From Spongospora subterranea f. sp. subterranea (taxonomy: Eukaryota): DNA of 20,167 nucleotides. Shown piece by piece: positions 10,805-20,167 of the stretch. Position numbers and translations under genes: made by a program. The stretch covers positions 62,001 through 82,167 of the forward strand of contig JAUGWO010000061.1 of assembly GCA_049724395.1 (NCBI GenBank), given 5' to 3'. Each line of letters starts with the position of its first letter. Position 1 is the first letter of the stretch. A model generated the notes under the pieces. It had not been told where the DNA came from, made no database searches, and was given only the letters and a program-made list of their open reading frames with translations.

Positions 10805-12665
10805 TTGTCGTCCCTGGAGGCCGATAATGGATATTGGCAGATACCTTTAGATCCTTCAGCCCTGGCCACTTTTTCCGTTATGCTGCCTCATGGAGTTTTT
10901 TCTTGTACTCGTTCATTGCAAGGCTCGGTGAACGGTACTGCTTGGTTTGGCGCCAGCATGCATTATGTCTTCGGTGCGATCAATGTCGCAGAGATCAACC
11001 TTCACGACATTCTGGCCCATTTTTCCCGGGTAAACCGCAACATTTCGTACTGCTTCGCGAAGTGTTCCTTAAGGCGCATCCACCGCGTGAAATTTGCAAT
11101 TTTGAAGGTCACGTTGATTCGCTCCGAAACGCCGTTTTGCGGGAAGTTGTATTCGGCGAAAGGCGTTCGTCATGACCCAGCTCGAATTGCAGGCACCATG
11201 GATCTTCCACTGCCATCCACTGCGTCCAATTTCCTCCAGTTTCTTTGCATTAATTGGCTCCGATCAAGCTTGGTCCAATTCAGTGCGTTGGTCGAGCCGC
11301 TCCCAGTTTTACTGCAGTCATGTTCGTCGCTTACCTCACGACGTACCTCTCGGGAAGCCGCAACAATCTCTCTTGGTCATCTTTGGACTGAGCAGCATTC
11401 GGAGTGCTGGTCGAATATTCGTTCCGCTTTACAGCATATTGTTCAGCTCGCTCATTTACGATCAGATTTTCACTGTTAATTTTTTTAGTGATGCGAGCGA
11501 TAAAGCTTGGGCCGTCGTTGACACGCAGACTGATCGGGATCAAGACTCACTTCCCATTCATGAACGCGACCATTAATTTCTGGCCTTCCTCAGTGCCATT
11601 TTCAAAGGCTCGCAGGTTCGTTGGCCCACAGTGGAAAAGGAAGCCTTCGCCATCGTGGAAGGCGTCTCGAAACTTGATTACCTCTTGACTCGGATCGCTG
11701 ATTCCACTTGTTCACGGATCATCTAAACTTGGTTTATATTTTTTGATCCAATTTCACAAGGCGTTTCCAAGCGGGCCAGTCTAGGTCGTCTTTCCCGTTA
11801 GTCGCTTCGGATTAGCTCAGTGCCAAACTGCACCATTCACTATATTTCTGGGTCCGATAACGTGTGGGCAGATCGACTGACTCGATGGGCCTCTCAGGCA
11901 CACACCAGAATGACCCTTCTTTTGAGACACTTGTGGAAGAAATGACCGATATATCGTTATTCGGAGGGGTCGGTCTACGTAGTCGAAGGTTCGTGCGTCC
12001 TATCATAATCAAATTAGGGAAAAGGGTAAAGTCCTAAAATGCCCGCTTACATCAGTTGCTTCCGGGTTTGGACCACGTAGACCGACCCCTCCAGATGACA
12101 GTATATCGGTCATTTGTTCCACAAGTGTCTCAAGGGAGTGGTCATTCTGATGTGTGCCTGACGTGCATCCTGCTGTCGTCAGCCGCCGCGCCAAATTGCC
12201 ACAGCAGCGCAAGCCATTCTCTACTCTGATGACGCCGTGTGTCCGGACCAGAAAGCGGTTCTCTCTTGGCAATCGTGACATGCGCTTTCCGTCCCGACTT
12301 GCTGTTCGCCCGATGCGTCTTCACTCTTTCGCGATTCGTCGGGAGCCATTTGAATCCCGTCACTTGACTTATCATTTTACGAACCGGCATTTGCGTCATT
12401 GGCCACATGAGCATAGGTGGTCATCGGGCATGGAGTCTACCTTGGTGGTCATTGCAAAGTAGTATTTTTTCTGGCAGGATCTCAAGGCGGATGTCATTCG
12501 CCTTATCAATCAATGCATTCATTGTCTTTTTTGCAAAGGGCCTGTGCGCAAACCTCGTCCTCTGGAATCCGCCATCCATGCGCTCATCAAGTTTTGCATT
12601 TTATTCGACAGCCGGGTCCGAATTCATCCAAATGACCATTCAACCTATGGAAAGCTCTGGCTTCA
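10805..12665 (+). mobile_element. Degenerate Ty3/gypsy pol: RT, RNase H and integrase HHCC zinc finger, interrupted by a MITE
   Basis: RT GYWQIPL...F.VMLPHGVF...QG. RNase H FFSDASDKAWAVV...WPTVEKEAFAIV...LFTDH.NL...HYISGSDNVWAD.LTRW. Integrase H....GH...FFWQDLKADV...CIHC. Stops and frameshifts present. Confidence 0.9.
11897..12158. mobile_element. MITE (262 bp) with ~90-bp imperfect terminal inverted repeats
   Basis: Left end GGCACACACCAGAATGACC...TTGAGACACTTGTGGAA...GGAGGGGTCGGTCTACGT is mirrored at about 12070-12158. Flanked by TCA/TGA. Absent from the homologous gypsy copy near 20000-20015. Confidence 0.88.
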
Positions 12666-12669
12666 GAGG

Positions 12670-15340
12670 CTATATGTTGTACTCGCTTCCCGCGAGAACT
12701 TCAAAGCTACTGTCAAAGACAGCAGCAGCTTGTGAAGAGTTTAAACAGGCTCATCAAACCAGAGGTCGTCGAAGCCCTCAAAGCTCAAAAGTCTTCGTTA
12801 GAAGACCAGTTGAGCCACGCCGCCATCAAATCTTTGCTTCTTAAACAAAGTGAAGAGAATAATTTGTTGGAGGCATTGACAACGAGACAATGTCAATGGC
12901 AATCAGCACATTGACTTCGGCTGAAGGCATGGCCAAGTGGGTTAAACAACAAGCCACAGTCACTGCAGTTCTGGAAGCGGAAGCTCTTAAAGAGAAGCAT
13001 GCTAAATCCAAAATCACGGCCCATGAGCCACGTACTGCAAAATCAGTACGTAAAAGGTCAGCTCCAAAGCCAACAACCCCCACTGGACAGGTTAGAAAAC
13101 CACCAATTTATATCATTGGCAAAATCCACATTCCTAAATCAATATATAATTTTTTAGGGCTCGGCGCCAGTTTCTGCTGTGAACACACGCAGAGGCAAAG
13201 CGAAATCCTTTGCGAAGAAATGAGCCCCAGTGATTATCCCCCTGCCTTCACATCAGAGCAAGATGAGAAATTACGATCCAATAAAATAACACTAGAGATG
13301 TTTCATGAAATGCAGAAATTATTTTCATTTCTAGTAGAAACTCGCAAATTGCGACCCAAACCATTTATGGGGATCTTTCTGGGAAGCTGATATCAAACAA
13401 GCGGAACTCTGTGCATCCCTGTTGTAAAAATGTCAACAGCAACTCAAACACAAATCCGCAAAAGAAACTGATTGAAACTGATTGACTTTCTTAAAGCTAG
13501 AGATCTTATCATCAAGCTAGCGGATAAAAATGCTGAACTCACTATCATGAAAAAATCATGGTATGAGAAAAAATTGGAAGAGCATTTACACAGCGTAGAC
13601 ACATATCAAAGGATTGAACAATGTCCCAAATATGATATCCTACGCGGATTGGCCCAATTTTGTGCAAAGTACAAAAGCAAAGTGAGATTCTGGTACAAGG
13701 AGCAGGACACTAAAATAGTGCCCCCTCTAATTTATTTGATGCCTAAAATTCACAAAACACCAATCGGAATTCGTCCTATAATTCCAAGTCACAGCTGGTA
13801 CACAACCTGTGCTGCAAAATATCTGCACCGCAAGCTATATCCGATCCTGAAAAAACATAAATGGGTCATAACGGATAGACTGGAACTTATTCAAGAGCTC
13901 GAACAAAAAAAGTTCGACTCGTCGACAGTGAAACTGGCTACCATTGATGTAACCGCACTAGATACGTCGATTGATCTAGAAAGAGGACTCAATATCGTCG
14001 CAATTATTTTAAAAAATGTGTGTCGAAGAATTCCAAATTCCATTCTATATTGATTTGATGCGCTGGGTGTTAACTAACAACTATTTCCAATTTAAAGGAA
14101 ACTGGTACCAGCAAATCAAAGGAGCAGCAATGGGAGGCAACGCCTCTGGAATTTTCGCTGATCTTGTCCTGGTAGCTTTAGAGAAACACATTCTTCCTAA
14201 AGTACCGAAAGTACATAAAGCGTTTCTATACAGACGATATCGCGATGATATTCTTATCGCGGTGGACTCTCTGAAAAGTGCAAACGCCATCACAGACCAC
14301 CTAAATGAAGCCAACATGTTGACCTTCAACATGGAACAGTTTGGTGATAAAGTAAACTTTTTGGATATAATCATATCCCTGGGCGAAAAGTTCAGCATCA
14401 AACGACAATTGGATTTCAAACCATTCAGGAAACCAACTGCGAATAACACATTCACACACTACGCGACGTATAAACCAGAGACCACTAAAACTAGCTGGAT
14501 CACTGGAGAACAAATACGTATGCTGAGGGCTTGCCAAACTGAAAAAACAATTCAGTCAGCTATGCTCGAATTTCAGAAAAGTCTTTTAAAATCTGGCTAC
14601 CCTAAAAAGGTAATCAGGTCACAATGCAGATACAAATTTGCCGATCGCAACTGGCTGATCGAAAAGACGGTCGTGTGACCAGGTCTGGTATTCACTTGAT
14701 AATTCAAGAATGGCCCACGAAAAATGGAATTTTATTCAAAATAACTTTAAACCGTTATTGAAATTCCACAATGTTCAAATAACAGCCAAAAAAGGTAGCA
14801 CCACAATGGATGCTTTGAATGTAGCAGCAAAGAGTATGCTAAAAGCAGCGTCGGAGGAATCCGACTCAGCGGCCAGACAACAACTGGATCTCGCAAATAA
14901 CAGAGATAAACGCTATCTTTCTAATTTAAAGAAGGGTAAAAAACGACGAATACTGAAGGAGATCATCCCAATCGAAGTATCGCGTTCAAATTCGACTTGA
15001 CTCTGGTGATACCGCACAAACAAAACCAAGGTCAATGTCAACTTCAACTCGCCATACCTTCCAAGCGGGGGCGCTTAACAATCGTCGCTGCTTGCGAGAA
15101 GATACCTCAGAAAAGCCGAATCCATGCTTCCAGCAGGGCCCCTTCGATGCGATCTCCACCGCGTAAGAAGAGGGCGACCAACGCGGCGGCCTGATGAGCC
15201 GAATGGCGAAACCAGGTCGTGCGAATGAATATTTCAGAGCGAACAAACACAGACAGTGTTTACGCAAATTGCAAGTAAAGTATTTACGTTTAGTATATAT
15301 GTGAATTGCATTGTAAATCACTCAACACTGAATGAGTCAT
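12670..15340 (+). mobile_element. Penelope-like retroelement (PLE): RT plus thumb, no visible GIY-YIG endonuclease; ORF split by frameshifts, 5' end probably truncated
   Basis: PLE hallmarks in order: FLGLGASF; LIIKLADKN...WYEKK...DTY; IYLMPKIHK..IRPII; ATIDVTAL; LTNNYFQF.G..YQQIKGAAMG; RYRDDIL; VNFLDI; RKPT...WITGEQIRMLRAC...KSGYP. The last frame stops at 15000 without a GIY-YIG motif. Confidence 0.92.
15183..15225 (+). ncRNA. Minimal type I hammerhead ribozyme motif in the PLE 3' region
   Basis: CTGATGA (15191-97), stem II GCC-GAAT-GGC, GAAA, near-palindromic stem III ACCAGGT, then GTC with predicted cleavage after 15218. Stem I pairing is weak as written. Confidence 0.68.
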
Positions 15341-15544
15341 ACTGGAACAGTTATGGTCATATCAAGTGGTATATCCATGGGAAAAATCTCCACTCCGTTT
15401 CGTAAACAAGTCCTGCCTAGATTCGACATTCGAATCAGATATAGGCGCCGGTACTAGCGTTTCGACTGGTAACGAGATGACGTCCACGGATGCCGCCACG
15501 GTGTGTTGGTGTTCATTCTGGTCGTCGTCGCGTTGACCAAAGAA

Positions 15545-15732
15545 GCGATGTCATTCGGTTCATCAATCGGTGCATTCATTGTCTTTTCCTGCAAAGGGCC
15601 TGTGCGCATACCTCGTCCTCTGGGATCCGCCATCCATGCGGATTCCCCTCATCAAGTTCTGCATTTTGATTACCTGTATATCCGACAGCCGGGTCCGAAT
15701 TCATCTCATCAATATCGATATGTTTTGGGCAA
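15545..15732 (+). mobile_element. Short gypsy integrase fragment (further copy)
   Basis: DVIRFINRCIHCLSCKGPVRIPRPLGSAIHADSPHQVLHFDYLYIRQPGPNSSHQYRYVLG, near-identical to the reverse complement of 19490-19670. Confidence 0.88.
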
Positions 15733-15734
15733 AT

Positions 15735-16800
15735 TCAGCTGCTGGTTGAATGGAAAGGATTTACTGAAGCAGATAATTCCTGGGAAAATCTGGAACATCT
15801 CAACACTGACGTACCAGGGCTAGTAGCAAATTATGCCAAGAAGTTAATTTCAGAAGACCATGTTCTGAAAGAAGATGTTTTTGCGTTTATTACAAAGAAG
15901 AGTTGATTGTTGGGAGTCATGCTTTTTCCCACTGGGTTTTTTAATGCGATATTCCGAAGTCAACTATCAGAAGGTACAACTTTTGTACAGAAGCGGTTAC
16001 AACAGAAGTCAAATTTTCAAGGAGGGGAATGTATCAATTATGTATTCACATGACTAACGAATGCACATATGTCCCTGCAGAAGGCAATAACTAAGTAACA
16101 AGACGGCGTGACCACCAGTTCCCGGCAGGACCATGACTGACTTCAAAGGCCGTAACGCTTCTGTGCAAAAGTTGACTGCTCAAGTTGACTCGGAATATCG
16201 CTTCGGAAGAGAAGGAAGAATAATACAGAATTGATTGACACAAAAGCGATAGAAGTTTGTAACTAAACTTACACGGCAAGTTGGCACAAAGGCAATTAAA
16301 AAGCACAAAATAGGAAAACTACTCCCTAAAAACCCTGATATAGAATTATGGACAGATGGAAGTTTTAACAAGGTAAAGGAGGAGGAGCAGCAGCTCTACT
16401 ATTTGCCCAAAACATAGAGATGATTGATGAGCCTAGTGAAATGGTAAATAACTGGTGTTAAACTAGGAATAAAGTGACAGAACTCATATGATGTGAATCC
16501 GCATGGATGGCCCTGATAGAGGACGAAAGGTATGCGCACAGTCCTCAATTTAATGCTCGGAAAGACAATGAGTCAATAAAGTTACGATTGATGAACGCGA
16601 AAGAGCAAACGCTATTTAGCGGAGTGTGCCGCCAAAATTAGAAGTTAACACAAGACATACGGTGGATATACACTTTATCCCGAGTCATGTGCCATCTCGT
16701 TGACAATAGCGAAGAAACGAAAGTCACCATAGGACACAGCACAGAGATAGACGAGTTAGCAAAACAAGTTTTCGAAACGGCGATGGAGCATGATTTTTAT
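15735..16800 (+). mobile_element. Degenerate fragment with an RNase HI domain, probably from a non-LTR retrotransposon
   Basis: IELWTDGSFN/GKGGGAAALL at 16340-16400, VDIHFIPSHV at 16662-16691 and EIDELAKQ at 16744-16767, in RNase HI order. A-rich coding-like strand with many indels. Confidence 0.55.
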
Positions 16801-16829
16801 ATGGATCATTCAAATTGCACTTGAATGAC

Positions 16830-19212
16830 AGAAAACTTGTTCTTACATGAAGAAAACGTAAGCACTAGCAAATTCAAAGGATACCCAAACAGAGACTAAA
16901 CGTAAATCTTTACTTAAAATTTGCGTGAACCAGTCTGTGTTTGTTCGCTCGTGACAACATGCAAGCACACCTGGTTTGAAAAATCTCAATATGGCCGAGC
17001 AGTATATGCAGTCATCGCAAAACGGAGAAAGAGCAATTGAACACCAAGTACTGAACTGCAAGGGACTGAAAGGAAAATTACAAGCGACGATTTTAAGCGC
17101 TCCCGCATGGAAAATGGCGAGTTGAAGTTGACATTTCCTTGGTGTTTGGTTTGTTCGATATCCCAGTGTCAAGCAATATTTGACGCAATACTGATGGGAT
17201 GATCTCCTTGTATTCGTGCAAGCTTCTTACCCTTCTTTAAATTAGAAAGGTAGCGGTTATTTTCGAAAATCAAGTTGTTGTCCGCTGAGTCGGCGATCTC
17301 CGACGCTTCCTTTTAGTCACCTCTTTCTCGCTACATTCACATGTTGGTTGGTGCAATCAAATTGGCACTATTTGAATGGATTCGGAATTTTGCCGGTTTA
17401 AAGTTATTTTGAAAAAATTCCATTTTTCGCTACCATTCTTGAATTATCCTGGTGAATACCAGATCTTGTTATTTTTTTCCGTCTTTTCGATCAGCAGTTG
17501 CGATCGGTGAAAAATTTGTATTGCATTGTGACCTGAAATTTTTTAGGGTCCGATTTTAAAAGACTTTTCTGAAATTCCCCTCATAGCTGACTTTTTTTTT
17601 TCGAGATATTGGCAAGGTCTGTAGCAATGACGCCATGAAAGGGAATCCATGCTCATTTTAGTGGTCTCTGGTTTACTTCGTAGTGTGTGAATGTGTTATT
17701 CGCAGTTGGTTTCCAGAATGGTTTGAAACCAGCTGCGTCAAGAATTTCTTGACTGAACGTAGCCTTTCATCACCGGCAATTTGGTCGACTAAATCGGAAG
17801 TGACATCCAACGAACTGTTCCATGTTGAAGGTCAACATGTTGGCTTCATTTAGGTGGTTGAAACCGTTTGCAGGAGATGTAAGTCCACCGCGAATTTTTC
17901 AATCATCGAGTGATAGCCCCTAGAAACGATTGATGTACTTTCGGTACGTTTGATGAAGAATACCAGCACGTAGTCACTAAAGCTAAGTTAGCAACAAGAT
18001 CAGCGAAAATTCCAGAGGCGTTACCTCCCATTGCTGCTCCTTTGATTTGCTGGTACCAGTTTCCTTTAAATTGGAAATAGTTGTTAGTTAACACCCAGCG
18101 CATCAAATCAATATAGAATGGAATTTGGAATTCTTCGACACAATTTTTTTTAAATAATTGCGACGATATTGATGGCTTTCTAGATCACATCGACGTATCT
18201 AGTGCGGACATCTTGATGGTAGCCAGTTTCACTGTCGACGAGTCGAACAGCCCATGCAGGATGATCAAGGCGAACAGAAGGCCAGGAATCCGAATGATTC
18301 TGACTGAACGTGGACTCGGAATAATTCCATGTGCGTTAGCTGGTGCGCGGGCATTGCTGCAGGAACTGTGCCCGAATTCCAAGAGCAGCGGGAGTGGTTA
18401 ACGGAAATTTCAATTATGGAACAAGGTGGTGGAATCATCGACTATTATAGCACCGTCCGCCTGCGACCATGAATTTACGAATAGTTCTGCTTTTGGCGTG
18501 TAAAAGTTGGGCCAACCAGGAATCATATTTGGGACATTGTTCAATCCTTTGATATGTGTCTACGCTGTGTAAATGCTCGTCCAATTTTTTCTCATACCGA
18601 TGATTTTTTCATGATAGTGAGTATCGATTTTTATCCGTAGCTTGATGATAAGTCTCTAGGTCAAGAAAGGCAATCAGTATCGCCACGGATTTGTGTTAGA
18701 GTTGCTGTTAAGAAATTTACAAGCGCCATCGCAGCCTGCCAAAAAGGATGCTGGAAGACCTCCAAATTTGATACACATGCGAATAATTACTGTTGGTTTA
18801 TCAGTTGCATTTCATGCATCTCTATGTTATTTTATTGTACGGTGTTTCTCATCTGTGCTCTGATTTGAAGGCAGGGGGATAATCACTGGGGCTCATTTCT
18901 TCGCAAAGGATTTCGCTTTGCCTCTGCGTGTGTTCACAGCAGAAACTGGCGCCGAGCCCTAAAAAATTATATATTGATTTAGGAATGTGGATTTTGCCAA
19001 TGATATAAATTGGTGGTTTTCTAACCTCCGTGGGGGTTGTTGGCTTTGGAGCTGACCTTTTACGTACTGATTTTGCAGTACGTGGCTCATGGGCCGTGAT
19101 TTTGGATTTAGCATGCTTCTCTTTAAGAGCTTCCGCTTCCAGAACTGCAGTGACTGTGGCTTGTTGTTTAACCCACTTGGCCATGCCTTCAGAATGTAAT
19201 GTGCTGATTGCG
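16830..19212 (-). mobile_element. Second, inverted copy of the PLE, patchy and mosaic
   Basis: Near-identical blocks (18860-19195 vs 12920-13260; 17995-18245 vs 13915-14165) alternate with scrambled or unrelated sequence. Confidence 0.88.
17735..18772 (+). mobile_element. Remnants of a Tc1/IS630-like DDE transposase interleaved with the inverted PLE copy
   Basis: Ordered motifs: EFLTE (~17742), DDQGEQK/GIRMILTERGL (18260-18317), CARALLQ..PEFQEQREWLTEI...IIDYY (18343-18448), AVKKFTS/HRSLP (18704-18741). They match the recalled pattern KG...L.ERGL...CCA..LL...PDF..Q...KY.SHR of this family. Confidence 0.6.
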
Positions 19213-19433
19213 TCTCTCTCCTCTTTGTTCGTCTCTGTTTGTATGCTCACCAGTCAGAGGATGATCTAGGAAGTCGCACGGGGGCTGGAAGGTCATGGGG
19301 GTCGCTCCTAAACAGGGGGATACTGTCATGATCCAAAGTCTTAGGTATATAAGCACCTGAGAATGATGGCCTTGCGTCATCATAGTACTTTTTGGGTCAG
19401 TTGGTAACTGTGTATTGGGCGCTGTTCCTAACA

Positions 19434-20167
19434 TTGTAGCTTGGACTGAAGCGGAGAGCTGTACATAGGTCGAATGATCATCCATGAGGCCCAAAACATA
19501 CCGATATTGATGGGATGAATTTGGACCCGGCTGTCGGATATACAGGTAATCAAAATGCAGAACTTGATGAGGGGAATCCGCATCTATGGCGGATCCCAGA
19601 GGACGAGGTATGCGCACAGGCCCTTTACACGAAAGACAATCAATGCACCGATTGATGAATCTAATGACATCCGCCTTGAGATCCTGCCAGAAAAAATACT
19701 TTGTAATAATCACCAGGTTGATCCCATGTCCCGATGACCACCTACGCCCATGTGACCAATAACGCATCTCGCGCGAGATAGCCCTTTGCACGAAAGACAA
19801 TGAATGCACCGATTGATGAACCGAATGACATCCGCCTTGAGATCCTGCCAGAAAGAATACTTTGACCGGACGGAAAGCGAATGTAACGATTGCGAAGAGA
19901 GAATCGTTTGTGGTCCGGCCACACGACGTCATCAGCGTAGAGAATGGCTTGCGCAGCTGTGGCCATTGTGACGCGGCGGCTGACGACAGCGGTATGCGAC
20001 GGAGACGCCCATCGAGTCAGTTGATCCGCCCACACGTTATCGGAGCCAGAAATATAGTGAATGATGCAGTTTGGAACTGAAGCCATCCGAAGAGATCAAC
20101 GAGAAAGAGGATCGAGGCTGGCCCGCTTGGAAACGCCTTGTGAGATTGGATCAAAAATATAAACAAG
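19434..20167 (-). mobile_element. Ty3/gypsy pol fragment (RNase H C-terminus, linker, integrase N-terminus); continues beyond the window
   Basis: IHYISGSDNVWADQLTRWAS; CVIGHMGVGGHR; KYFFWQDLKADVIRFINRCIDC; LHFDYLYI...LMDDHSTYV. Internal ~85-bp duplication (19620-19703 / 19780-19863). Confidence 0.9.

Noticed and set aside
13150..13159. TTTTAGGG telomere-like motif (also ~17540)
   Set aside because: Single units inside PLE coding sequence, not a tract.
13472..14678. Bacterial retron, group II intron, DGR RT or telomerase
   Set aside because: The motif set (ADKN, PKIHK..RPII, G.AMG, RKPT, GYP thumb) is PLE-type; no accessory genes or TERT-specific domains.
19189..19932. 247-aa ORF as a novel integrase fusion
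   Set aside because: Chance read-through of a duplicated integrase fragment into LTR-like and PLE sequence.

Overview
Eukaryotic DNA, not prokaryotic: compact genes with 48-62 nt GT-AG introns, an RNA polymerase II subunit (RPB9) and a ciliary gene point to a flagellated protist. Phytomyxea-like is a guess. The left half (1-9.3 kb) is gene-dense: a TM + ankyrin gene running off the window, a 41-bp tandem array, a 7-exon coiled-coil protein with repeated [TS]FxPxI motifs, RPB9, a CFAP141-like gene missed by the ORF track, and a putative GPI-anchored Ser/Thr-rich protein. The right half (9.5-20.2 kb) is a transposon nest. It holds rearranged Ty3/gypsy chromodomain-element fragments with a short LTR, a MITE, and a Penelope-like RT element with no visible GIY-YIG endonuclease and a 3' minimal hammerhead ribozyme. 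There are also remnants of an RNase HI-type element and a Tc1/IS630-like transposase. About 11.7-20.2 kb forms a giant imperfect palindrome centred near 16.08 kb. Its right arm is a fine-scale mosaic of the left arm's reverse complement and unrelated elements, which is most simply an assembly/consensus artefact. All family calls come from motif recognition by eye; no searches were run.
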